Assembly (NCBI GenBank): GCA_964389685.1
Contig: CAYMFM010000001.1
Span: forward strand, 143,579-207,578
DNA length: 64,000 nt
From: an uncultured Rikenellaceae bacterium
GTDB lineage: Bacteria > Bacteroidota > Bacteroidia > Bacteroidales > VadinHA17
Direction: 5' to 3'
This document shows, piece by piece, positions 46,852 to 56,528 of this stretch. Position 1 is the first letter of the stretch. Each line of letters opens with the position of its first letter. The position numbers and the translations under genes are program-made. A model generated the notes under the pieces. The model did not search any database. It was not told the DNA's origin and saw nothing but the letters and a program-made list of their open reading frames with translations.

Positions 46852-47547
46852 ATGGTCAAATACTATTCAGAATACGATAAATTCCTGGTAGCAGTGGATT
46901 GTATTATTTTTGGTTTCGATGGGAAGGAACTGAATTTGTTATTGATCAAACGTAACTTTCCCCCGGCAAAAGGGGAGTGGTCCCTGATGGGTGGATTCCT
47001 GAAGAAAAACGAGAGTATGAATCAGGCAGCCGAAAGGGTCCTGTTCAAATTGACGGGTTTGTGCAACGTCTTTCTGGAACAGTTACAGGGGTATGGAGAA
47101 ATTGAGAGGGATCCCGGAGAGCGCGTTATCTCCATCGCATACTATGCCCTGATCAATATTGATGATTACGATGAGGAACTGGCTCAACAATACAATGCAA
47201 AATGGTTCCCCATCAATAATTTCCCAAAACTGATCTTCGATCACAACATTATGGTGGATAAAGCCCTGAGACGACTGCAGAGAAAAGCACAAAACCAACC
47301 GATCGGCTTTGAACTGATTCCCCCAAAATTTACGATACCTCAACTGCAACGATTATATGAAGCAATCTTTCGAAAAGAGTTCGATAAAAGAAACTTCCGG
47401 AAAAAGATCCTCAGTTTCCACGTGCTGAAAAAACTGGAAGAGAAAGACAGGGAAAGCTCAAAAAAAGGCGCATACCTCTATCAATTCGATCAGAAAGAAT
47501 ACAACCGATTGCTCAATAGCGGATACAATTTTGAGGTGAATGTTTAG
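46852..47547 (+). CDS. araR: NrtR-family (Nudix + wHTH) regulator, probable arabinose repressor
   Basis: VAVDCIIFGF, WSLMGGF, RDPGERVISIAY, FTIPQLQRLYE...DKRNFRKKI; adjacent to ara genes. Confidence 0.85.
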   Translation: MVKYYSEYDKFLVAVDCIIFGFDGKELNLLLIKRNFPPAKGEWSLMGGFLKKNESMNQAAERVLFKLTGLCNVFLEQLQGYGEIERDPGERVISIAYYALINIDDYDEELAQQYNAKWFPINNFPKLIFDHNIMVDKALRRLQRKAQNQPIGFELIPPKFTIPQLQRLYEAIFRKEFDKRNFRKKILSFHVLKKLEEKDRESSKKGAYLYQFDQKEYNRLLNSGYNFEVNV

Positions 47548-47581
47548 ATGATTTTAATGTAACACGTTTAACAATACGCTT

Positions 47582-49243
47582 ATGGAAGGTTTTCATGCGC
47601 TTGACTGGATCGTTCTTGGCCTTTTTGGCCTTGGTCTGGTTGGAATTATTGTCTGGGTAAGCCGGATGAAGGAAGACACTCCGTCGGATTACTTTCTGGC
47701 AGGGCGGGATGCTACGTGGTTAGCCATCGGGGCATCCATTTTTGCATCCAATATTGGATCTGAACACCTGGTGGGTCTTGCCGGTGCCGGTGCTTCCAGT
47801 GGAATGGCGATGGCACACTGGGAGATGCACGGCTGGATGATCCTTGTACTGGGTTGGCTTTTCGTTCCCTTTTATGCCCGGAGCGGTGTGTTTACCATGC
47901 CGGAATTTCTTGAGCGGCGGTATAATTCAGCTTCCCGCTCCCTGTTGTCCATCATTTCCCTGATATCCTATGTCCTTACCAAAGTGGCTGTAACCGTTTA
48001 TGCCGGCGGTGTGGTCTTCAAGGAAGTATTCGGGATTGAAACCATCTGGGGTATCGATTTCTTCTGGTTCGGTGCCATCGGACTGGTGGTAATAACGGGC
48101 ATATATACGGTAATTGGTGGGATGAAATCCGTATTGTATACGTCGATTCTTCAAACACCGATCCTGTTGATCGGATCCATAACTATTGTGATTATCGGCC
48201 TGGTGAAAGTTGGTGGCTGGAGCGAACTGCAGGCCATATGCAGCGCAAACCTTACGGAACATGGAGACTCGATGATGAGCCTGATCCGGTCACCCAAAGA
48301 TGCTGAATTCCCATGGACCGGAGTCATTCTGGGATCAGCCATTATTGGATTCTGGTATTGGTGTACCGATCAGTATATCGTACAACGTGTTCTCTCAGGA
48401 AGAAATCAGACACAATCACGCAGAGGAGCTGTTTTCGGAGCCTACCTGAAACTCCTGCCGGTCTTTATTTTCCTGGTCCCCGGATTGATTGCATTTGCCC
48501 TGAATGAGAAAGGAATGCTCGACCTGACGGATTCGGATTCTGCATTCCCCATGCTGGTATCAGAACTGCTGCCGATTGGTTTGAAAGGAGTCGTGGTAGG
48601 TGGCCTGCTGGCTGCATTGATGAGCTCACTGGCATCCCTGTTTAATTCCTCGGCAGCCCTCTTTACCGTGGATTTCTACAAGAAATTCAGGCCGGAGGTT
48701 TCAGAGAAGCACCTGGTATTTGTGGGTCGTGTGGCAACCGTTGTTATCGTAGCCCTGGGAATTGCCTGGATCCCCGTAATGAAAGGTATCGGAAAGGTAT
48801 TGTATGAGTACCTGCAGGATGTACAATCCCTCCTGGCACCCGGGATTGCATCGGTATTCCTGCTGGGCGTATTCTGGAAGAAAGCTACTCCAAAAGCTGG
48901 ATTTACAGCGCTTGCAACCGGATTTATTCTGGGTATGGTACGGCTGGTATTCAATGTATTTGCCGATTCAGTTCCGGAAGGTACCTGGTACCATGCTATC
49001 TGGGTAAAACCCAACTGGTTGCATTATGAAATAATACTATTTGGTATCTGCCTGATGATCATCCTGGTGGTCAGCTATTTTACTGAGAAAGCCAGTGATG
49101 CTAAGCTGGAAGGGTTAACCTATTTTTCCTCTACACCGGAACAACGGGCAATTACCCGGGCAAGCTGGAGCAATTGGGATGTGATCAATTCAGCCATAGT
49201 CATTGTAGTGATCATTGCTTTCTATATCTATTTCTTTAAGTAA
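47582..49243 (+). CDS. Sodium:solute symporter (SGLT-like), probable arabinose transporter
   Basis: YFLAGRD, ASNIGSEHLVGLAG, TMPEFLERRY, WYWCTDQYIVQRVL, AALMSSLAS. Confidence 0.92.
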   Translation: MEGFHALDWIVLGLFGLGLVGIIVWVSRMKEDTPSDYFLAGRDATWLAIGASIFASNIGSEHLVGLAGAGASSGMAMAHWEMHGWMILVLGWLFVPFYARSGVFTMPEFLERRYNSASRSLLSIISLISYVLTKVAVTVYAGGVVFKEVFGIETIWGIDFFWFGAIGLVVITGIYTVIGGMKSVLYTSILQTPILLIGSITIVIIGLVKVGGWSELQAICSANLTEHGDSMMSLIRSPKDAEFPWTGVILGSAIIGFWYWCTDQYIVQRVLSGRNQTQSRRGAVFGAYLKLLPVFIFLVPGLIAFALNEKGMLDLTDSDSAFPMLVSELLPIGLKGVVVGGLLAALMSSLASLFNSSAALFTVDFYKKFRPEVSEKHLVFVGRVATVVIVALGIAWIPVMKGIGKVLYEYLQDVQSLLAPGIASVFLLGVFWKKATPKAGFTALATGFILGMVRLVFNVFADSVPEGTWYHAIWVKPNWLHYEIILFGICLMIILVVSYFTEKASDAKLEGLTYFSSTPEQRAITRASWSNWDVINSAIVIVVIIAFYIYFFK

Positions 49244-49256
49244 AGTGGATTTAAAA

Positions 49257-50162
49257 ATGAAGAACAGCATACAAATAACAAAAGAATCGAACATTGGATG
49301 GATCGGTACCGGTGTGATGGGTGCTTCCATGTTTGGACATATTATTGACGCCGGATACAGGGGGTGTGTTTTTACACGGACGAAAGCAAAAGCACGGAAA
49401 TTGATTGATGCCGGTGTTGAATGGTTGGAAAACCCAAAGCAGGTAGCTGCAAAATCCGACGTTGTCATAACCATTGTCGGATTTCCTTCCGATGTGGAAG
49501 AGGTCTATTTTGGCGATCAGGGAGTGTTGAATGGAGTCAAAGAGGAAACTCTCCTGATCGACATGACAACAAACAGCCCCTCCTTAGCCATCAGGATTTA
49601 TGAAGCAGCAAAGGATAAAGGTGCTTATTCGCTCGATGCACCCGTATCCGGAGGTGATGTCGGAGCAAGAAACGCCACCCTTTCCATCATGGTGGGGGGA
49701 GATGAGGAGGTATTTGAATCAGCAAGACCCCTGCTGGAATTGATGGGTGATAAAGTGAACTACCAGGGGCAGGCAGGTGCGGGACAACATACTAAAATGA
49801 GCAACCAGATCGTGGTGGCCAGCTCCATGATCGGTGTCTGTGAAAGCTTGTTGTATGGAATGAAAGCAGGTCTTGATCCGGAACGAATGCTTGCCTCCAT
49901 CAGTAAGGGAGCGGCCGCCTGCTGGACGCTCGATAACCTGGCTCCAAGAATCCTGAAACGGAACTTCGAACCCGGATTTTTCGTGGATCATTTTATTAAA
50001 GATATGGGGATAGTACTGGATGAGGCAAAGAGAATGAACCTCGTCCTCCCCGGACTATCACTGGTTCATCAACTCTATATCTCCGTAAAAGCGAAAGGGT
50101 TGGGAAAGAAAGGAACCCAGGCACTCATGCTGGCGCTGGAAGAATTATCAGCAATTCATTAA
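49257..50162 (+). CDS. Beta-hydroxyacid dehydrogenase (3-hydroxyisobutyrate/tartronate-semialdehyde reductase family)
   Basis: IGWIGTGVMG, DAPVSGG, GQHTKMSNQ, HFIKDMG; likely start at 49257. Confidence 0.9.
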   Translation: MKNSIQITKESNIGWIGTGVMGASMFGHIIDAGYRGCVFTRTKAKARKLIDAGVEWLENPKQVAAKSDVVITIVGFPSDVEEVYFGDQGVLNGVKEETLLIDMTTNSPSLAIRIYEAAKDKGAYSLDAPVSGGDVGARNATLSIMVGGDEEVFESARPLLELMGDKVNYQGQAGAGQHTKMSNQIVVASSMIGVCESLLYGMKAGLDPERMLASISKGAAACWTLDNLAPRILKRNFEPGFFVDHFIKDMGIVLDEAKRMNLVLPGLSLVHQLYISVKAKGLGKKGTQALMLALEELSAIH

Positions 50163-50593
50163 TATACGAAATTTGAATGCAGCGCCTGCCTGACGGCAAT
50201 CAGGAATGACAACTGTATGACAGCGATCCCCAGGCAGAGGAAACTGCCATACCCATTTCTGTAGAAACAAATCCATTCAGCAGAATTCACCGGTGCTGAT
50301 AAGAATGTCTGAATACAGTGGTCCATGAATAGTTTTCCCAATGAAGAAGGATTGTAGTTGAACCATGTATTGCAAGGCGTAAACTGTCTATAATAATCCA
50401 AGGCCGATGGCCTTGAATAGTATTTCCAAATTGGTTCATGAGATGAAAAAGAGAACACCATCGGTGTTCGATTATTGTAATAGTAGAAAATGGAATGTGA
50501 AAAGACAACTCGATCGGAGTTGGATTAATCCCATCATCGTATCACCAATTGTGTAACATCATATTAGAACCAGACAAAGGTTCGTCAATTAGG

Positions 50594-52099
50594 CTAAATC
50601 CCTTTGGCCAGATGATAGTATATTTCATTCCACCGCAAGGCATCCTTGAATTCGTGAATGCGGGTCTCCTCATCAATGATGATGCACTCCACCCCAGCCA
50701 TTTCAGCAAAATCCCGGATCATTTCTGAGGTGATGTTCTGGCTGTAACAGGTATGGTGCGCTCCGCCAGCCAATATCCAGGCTTCAGCTGCAATTTTCAG
50801 ATCGGGTTTTGGGTTCCAGAGGACCCTTGCTGTAGGTAATTTAGGCAGATCCCTTGGTGGTTGTACCGCTTCCACCTCATTTACAAGGATACGGAACCGG
50901 TTTCCCATGTCCAGGACACTGACGTTGATTGCCGGACCGGAGGGGACATTGAACACCAGCCGGGCTGGCGCATCCTTGCCACCGATGGAGAGGGGATGCA
51001 CTTCAAGGGTGGATTGACCTTCAGCAATGGATGAACATATTTCAAGCATGTGTGCACCCAATACAAGCATCCCGGATGGATCAAGGTGATAGGTATAATC
51101 CTCCATGAAGGAATTACCCCCGGGAAGTCCGTTTGACATGACCTTCATGACACGAAGCATGGCAGCTGTTTTCCAATCCCCTTCCGCACCGAAACCATAC
51201 CCATCATTCATCAACCGTTGAACTGCAATCCCTGGTAGTTGAATCAATCCATGCAGGTTCTCAAATGTGTCGGTAAATCCACCGAATCCGCCATCTTCCA
51301 GGAAATTTTTTAATCCCAGCTCTATTCTTGCAGCCTCCCTCAGGGAAGGGTGATTCTTACCCGCTTTTTGAAGATCTGCCTCCAGCTTGTAAGCTGATTG
51401 ATATTCTTCAACCATCCGGTCGATTTCAGATTCGTTTACCCGGTTAATGAATTGAACCAGGTCTCCAACAGCATAGCCGTTAACCGACCAGCCAAAACGC
51501 ATCTGTGCTTCAACCTTGTCTCCCTCTGTCACCGCAACTTCCCGCATGTTATCACCCAGCCGGGCTATTTTTAGTTTCCGCGATTCGTACCATCCACACG
51601 CAGCCCGGGACCAGCCGGCAAGTTTATTCAACACCTCCGGGTCCTGCCAGTGACCGACAATTACTTTGCGCTCCTTTCTCATCCGGCTGCCAATAAAACC
51701 AAATTCACGGTCCCCATGAGCCGATTGATTCAGGTTCATGAAATCCATATCAATTTCTTCCCACGGAATATCACGGTTGAATTGAGTATGAAGATGAACA
51801 AAGGGCTTGTTCAGTGCCGATAGCCCCCCAATCCACATTTTTGCGGGAGAAAAGGTGTGCATCCAGGTAATCAGACCAACACATGTTGAGGTGTTGTTCG
51901 CCTCCATACATACCCGCATGATCTCTTCCGGAGTGGTTACCACAGGTTTGAAGACAATCCGGATAGGGATCTCATTCGAAGCATCAAATGCGTTAGCAAT
52001 TTCCAGGGAATGGCTTGCAACTTTTTCAAGAGTTTCTTTGCCATATAAATGCTGGCTGCCGGTGATAAACCAGGCTTCAAGTTTCTTAAGATCAGACAT
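50594..52099 (-). CDS. araA: L-arabinose isomerase
   Basis: [57 protein letters not shown]. Confidence 0.97.
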   Translation of the reverse strand: MSDLKKLEAWFITGSQHLYGKETLEKVASHSLEIANAFDASNEIPIRIVFKPVVTTPEEIMRVCMEANNTSTCVGLITWMHTFSPAKMWIGGLSALNKPFVHLHTQFNRDIPWEEIDMDFMNLNQSAHGDREFGFIGSRMRKERKVIVGHWQDPEVLNKLAGWSRAACGWYESRKLKIARLGDNMREVAVTEGDKVEAQMRFGWSVNGYAVGDLVQFINRVNESEIDRMVEEYQSAYKLEADLQKAGKNHPSLREAARIELGLKNFLEDGGFGGFTDTFENLHGLIQLPGIAVQRLMNDGYGFGAEGDWKTAAMLRVMKVMSNGLPGGNSFMEDYTYHLDPSGMLVLGAHMLEICSSIAEGQSTLEVHPLSIGGKDAPARLVFNVPSGPAINVSVLDMGNRFRILVNEVEAVQPPRDLPKLPTARVLWNPKPDLKIAAEAWILAGGAHHTCYSQNITSEMIRDFAEMAGVECIIIDEETRIHEFKDALRWNEIYYHLAKGI

Positions 52100-52111
52100 A
52101 AATCATCTTAT

Positions 52112-52205
52112 TAGTGTAAAAAATACATTTATAAAAGTACAAAAATATATCAGACTAAAAAATAAAAATCATCCTTTTTTAAAAATAAGTGTTAAATTTA
52201 CTCTT
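52112..52205. promoter_or_regulatory. Two predicted AraR operators in the divergent araA/araD promoter
   Basis: TAGTGTAAAAAATACATTT (52112-52130) and AAGTGTTAAATTTACTCTT (52187-52205) resemble the 46732 palindrome. Confidence 0.7.
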
Positions 52206-52280
52206 ATTAAATCTTCATCCATTTTAGGATAAATGGAGATTGTATATTAATTTCAATTCATTTGATAGAAAGTTAAATCC

Positions 52281-52982
52281 ATGAGTATGCTCAAGGAAAT
52301 AAAAAAGGAAGTATTTCAGGCTAATATATCACTTGTAGAGTACAAACTGGCAATTTTGACCTGGGGGAACGTGAGTGCAATTGATAGAAACCGGGGATTG
52401 GTTGTGATCAAGCCCAGTGGCATCGATTACCGGGAAATGAAACCGGAACAGATGGTTGTGCTCGATCTGAATGGGACGGTGGTGGAAGGCGATCTGAAAC
52501 CCTCCTCCGATGCCCTGACACACCTCTGTCTCTATAAGGAATTTCCGGAAATCGGAGGGATTGTACATACCCATTCCGAGTGGGCAACCATCTGGGCACA
52601 GGCAGGAAAAGGGATTCCGGCCCTGGGAACTACCCATGCTGATTATTTCAAGGGGGAAATTCCATGTACACGCTCACTGACCAGGGCAGAGATCAAAGGA
52701 GATTATGAAACGGAAACGGGCCGGGTGATTGCGGAAACATTCCGGAACAGCCGGTATCAGGATATCCCCGGGGTTCTGGTACATGACCACGGACCCTTCT
52801 GCTGGGGCAACAATGCGGCTGATGCAGTGCTTAACGCTGTGGTCCTTGAGCAGGTTGCCAGGATGGCTTATTATACCCTGCAATTAAATTCGGATGCCAC
52901 ATTGAACCCGGATCTCCTGGATAAGCATTTTTCAAGAAAACACGGTCCGGATGCTTATTATGGGCAGAAGGAGAAAGAATAA
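52281..52982 (+). CDS. araD: L-ribulose-5-phosphate 4-epimerase
   Basis: [42 protein letters not shown]. Confidence 0.96.
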   Translation: MSMLKEIKKEVFQANISLVEYKLAILTWGNVSAIDRNRGLVVIKPSGIDYREMKPEQMVVLDLNGTVVEGDLKPSSDALTHLCLYKEFPEIGGIVHTHSEWATIWAQAGKGIPALGTTHADYFKGEIPCTRSLTRAEIKGDYETETGRVIAETFRNSRYQDIPGVLVHDHGPFCWGNNAADAVLNAVVLEQVARMAYYTLQLNSDATLNPDLLDKHFSRKHGPDAYYGQKEKE

Positions 52983-53210
52983 GCCAGAAAATCAATATCG
53001 AATACTGATTAATGAATAATGAATGATGAAGTTGAGGAATTTTTTTTAATTAATTCAAATGGAAAACGCTTCATGAACCGGGATGCAGGGGCCTTTAATT
53101 AGGATAAAATCCCCGTTCCGTCCACCAGTTGGCGGACTGGAAGAGGGAAACGGGGTGGTAGAAGTTTATGGATTCGCTAAATACATTATACGATCAAAAT
53201 AAATCCTCTC

Positions 53211-54770
53211 ATGAAACATCCAAGGCATTTACTCTTCGCATCATTTCTTTTAGCATCATTTGCTTTTTACGGTTTGTCCCAGGAAACGGGAAACAAGATC
53301 ATCATCAACGCCGACCTGGGGGAGCATCAGATCAGCAAACACATTTACGGACATTTTGCCGAACACCTGGGCCGGTGCATCTACGGTGGAATATGGGTTG
53401 GCCCCGATTCACCCATTCCCAATACAAGGGGTATCCGAAACGATGTCGTACAGGCGCTTAGAGAACTGGAGATTCCCAATTTACGGTGGCCCGGGGGATG
53501 TTTCGCCGATACATATCACTGGAAAGACGGAATCGGGCCCCGTGAATCCCGTCCCTCAATTGTAAACGTACACTGGGGAGGTGTTACAGAAGACAACAGC
53601 TTTGGAACCCATGAATTCATGGATCTTTGCGAACAGCTCGGGTGTGATGCCTATATCTGCGGCAATTTAGGCAGTGGAACGGTCAGGGAGATGGCGGAAT
53701 GGGTAGAATACCTCACATCGGATGCAGAAAGTCCAATGACCCGCCTTCGCAAACAAAACGGCAGGGAAGATCCCTGGAAAGTGCGGTTCTGGGCTCTGGG
53801 AAATGAGAACTGGGGGTGCGGGGGAAACATGAACCCGGAATATTATGCCGACCTTATGCGCAGGTATTCAACCTACTGCCGGAACCTGGGCGGGAACAGG
53901 CTTGTGAGAATAGCATGTGGTCCCAACAGCTCAGATTATAACTGGACCCAGGTATTGATGGAAGATCCCCAAAACCGCTGGATGATGCAGGGATTAGCCC
54001 TCCATTATTATACTGTAATGGATGGCTGGGGGCACAAGGGATCAGCAACCCAATTCGATGAATTGGAATGGATCTCAACTATGCAACAAACCCTTTGGAT
54101 GGATGAACTCATTTCGCGCCACTCGACCATTATGGATCAGTATGATCCGGAAGAACGAATCGGTCTTTATGTGGATGAATGGGGTAACTGGTTCGATGTG
54201 GAACCGGGAACCGAACCCGGATTTCTCTACCAGCAGAATAGCCTCAGGGATGCTGTGGTTGCAGCCATTAATCTGAATATCTTTAACAACCATTGCGACC
54301 GGGTAAAAATGGCAAACATAGCCCAAACAGTGAATGTCCTGCAGGCAATGATCTTCACAAAGGAGGATAAAATGATCTGTACACCTTCCTACTACACCTT
54401 CCGGATGTTTAAAGTGCACCATGATGCAACACTGCTTCCGCTGTCGCTGACCTGCAGGGATTATCAATACGAGGAGAAAAAAGTGCCTTCCCTTTCTGCT
54501 TCCGCCTCGCTGGATGAGGAAGGAATTATTCACCTCACTCTGGCAAACCTTGATCCCCGAAAGAACCAGAAGATCGTATGTGAGGTAAGGGGGAAAATGT
54601 GCTCGACTGTTACAGGAGAGATCCTTACCTCAGAAAATATGACCGATCACAATGATTTTGATACAGGAGAGATCGTGATTCCCGGAAAATTTGAGGGAGC
54701 CAGGATCAAAGACGGAATCCTGGAAATCAACATGCCCTCGAAATCGGTCGTTGTTTTAAGTATAAAATAA
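53211..54770 (+). CDS. abfA: GH51 alpha-L-arabinofuranosidase
   Basis: [46 protein letters not shown]; signal peptide. Confidence 0.95.
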   Translation: MKHPRHLLFASFLLASFAFYGLSQETGNKIIINADLGEHQISKHIYGHFAEHLGRCIYGGIWVGPDSPIPNTRGIRNDVVQALRELEIPNLRWPGGCFADTYHWKDGIGPRESRPSIVNVHWGGVTEDNSFGTHEFMDLCEQLGCDAYICGNLGSGTVREMAEWVEYLTSDAESPMTRLRKQNGREDPWKVRFWALGNENWGCGGNMNPEYYADLMRRYSTYCRNLGGNRLVRIACGPNSSDYNWTQVLMEDPQNRWMMQGLALHYYTVMDGWGHKGSATQFDELEWISTMQQTLWMDELISRHSTIMDQYDPEERIGLYVDEWGNWFDVEPGTEPGFLYQQNSLRDAVVAAINLNIFNNHCDRVKMANIAQTVNVLQAMIFTKEDKMICTPSYYTFRMFKVHHDATLLPLSLTCRDYQYEEKKVPSLSASASLDEEGIIHLTLANLDPRKNQKIVCEVRGKMCSTVTGEILTSENMTDHNDFDTGEIVIPGKFEGARIKDGILEINMPSKSVVVLSIK

Positions 54771-54772
54771 AT

Positions 54773-56443
54773 ATGAAAAACAGGTATGTAATTGGCGTTG
54801 ATTACGGAACTGATTCTGTCAGATCGGTAATCATTGATGCGGCTGACGGAACCGAAATGGCTTCTTCGGTAGTTGACTATCCCCGGTGGAAAGCCGGGAA
54901 ATACTGTAATCCTTCAGACAATCAATTCAGGCAACATCCCCTGGATTACCTGGAAGGACTGGAATACACCATCCGGGATGCGTTGCAAAATGCCGGGGGA
55001 TTAGATCCCGGTGAGATCATTGCCCTCTCTGTGGATACTACAGGCTCAACTCCCGTTGCAGTGAATAAAGATGGAACGCCCCTTTCACTGACCGATCAAT
55101 TCAGTGAAAATCCAAATGCGATGTTCATCCTTTGGAAAGATCATACTGCAGTTAAAGAAGCCGATGAAATCAATAAACTGGCACGATCCTGGGGAGGGAT
55201 TGACTATACAAAGTTCGAAGGTGGTGTTTACTCCTCGGAATGGTTCTGGGCAAAAATCCTTCATGTCTTACGTCAGGATGCAGGTATCAGGGAAAATGCA
55301 TTTTCATGGGTGGAACATTGCGACTGGATCCCGGCTATACTTACCGGCAATACAGATCCGCTCACCCTGAAACGGAGCCGTTGTGCGGCGGGACACAAAG
55401 CCATGTGGCATGAGGCATTTGGTGGCTTGCCTTCAGAGGAATTTCTTGTGAAACTGGATCCGCTTCTTGCCGGAATACGGGACAGGTTATACAGGGATAC
55501 CTTTACCTGTGAGGTGGCTGTTGGAACCCTTACTGCCGATTGGGCAGCAAAACTGGGACTGACAGAAAAAGTCCGTGTTGGTGTGGGAGCATTTGATGCG
55601 CATCTGGGCGCTGTGGGTGGCGAGATAGAACCCGGGTATCTGAGTAAGGTGATGGGAACATCAACCTGCGATATGCTTGTGGCACCAATGAAAGAATTCG
55701 GAAATCAGCTGGTCCGGGGAATTTGCGGACAGGTTGACGGGTCCATTACACCGGGGATGTTGGGACTTGAAGCCGGGCAGTCCGCTTTCGGAGATGTTTA
55801 TGCCTGGTTTAAAAACCTGCTCATGTGGCCCATTGAACAATTCATTCCCAAAAGCAACAGCATAGATAGCAACACAAAGGAAAGATTGATCTCGGAGATA
55901 TCGGACAGGATTATACCCGAATTATCCAAACAGGCAGAAGCAATACCAATTGAAGAAACAGGTATCGTTGCCCTGGACTGGCTTAACGGAAGAAGAACAC
56001 CCGATGCAAACCAGAACCTGAAAGGGGCCATTACCGGGCTAACCCTGGGATCCGATGCGCCCAGGATCTTCCGGGCACTGGTGGAAGCCACGGCCTTCGG
56101 ATCGAAAAAAATCATTGACCGGTTCATTGCCGAAGGAGTGGAAATAAAAGGAGTGATTGCCCTGGGTGGTGTTGCCAAAAAATCACCCTTCGTCATGCAG
56201 GTTGTTGCCGATGTGCTGAATATGCCCATTAAAGTGGCACGAGCCGAACAAGCCTGTGCCCTTGGATCAGCAATGGCTGCTGCTGTCGTGGGAGGGATGT
56301 ATGCCACCATTGAAGAAGCTCAGAAAGCCATAGGAAGTGGATTTGAGAAAGAATATATCCCGGAACCGGAAAAGGCAGAAAAGTACAGGATAGTGTATGA
56401 AAAATATTCGAAATTGGGTGAGTTTGTGGAGAAGGAGTTGTGA
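54773..56443 (+). CDS. araB: Ribulokinase
   Basis: GVDYGTDSVR, VDTTGSTP, WKDHTA, YSSEWFWAK, AGHKAMW, EAGQSAFGD, DWLNGRRTP. Confidence 0.96.
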   Translation: MKNRYVIGVDYGTDSVRSVIIDAADGTEMASSVVDYPRWKAGKYCNPSDNQFRQHPLDYLEGLEYTIRDALQNAGGLDPGEIIALSVDTTGSTPVAVNKDGTPLSLTDQFSENPNAMFILWKDHTAVKEADEINKLARSWGGIDYTKFEGGVYSSEWFWAKILHVLRQDAGIRENAFSWVEHCDWIPAILTGNTDPLTLKRSRCAAGHKAMWHEAFGGLPSEEFLVKLDPLLAGIRDRLYRDTFTCEVAVGTLTADWAAKLGLTEKVRVGVGAFDAHLGAVGGEIEPGYLSKVMGTSTCDMLVAPMKEFGNQLVRGICGQVDGSITPGMLGLEAGQSAFGDVYAWFKNLLMWPIEQFIPKSNSIDSNTKERLISEISDRIIPELSKQAEAIPIEETGIVALDWLNGRRTPDANQNLKGAITGLTLGSDAPRIFRALVEATAFGSKKIIDRFIAEGVEIKGVIALGGVAKKSPFVMQVVADVLNMPIKVARAEQACALGSAMAAAVVGGMYATIEEAQKAIGSGFEKEYIPEPEKAEKYRIVYEKYSKLGEFVEKEL

Positions 56444-56528
56444 GAGATCAGGCAAAGGCTGAGGCTAAGGCTAAGGTTTTGGATTGATATCTATATGTAT
56501 TTAGAAATTAAATGTAAAAGGAACTTCT

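Noticed and set aside
50159-50461. 100-aa ORF between the dehydrogenase and araA
   Set aside because: It could be a membrane-protein remnant, but there is no recognisable motif and the competing frames are equally unconvincing.
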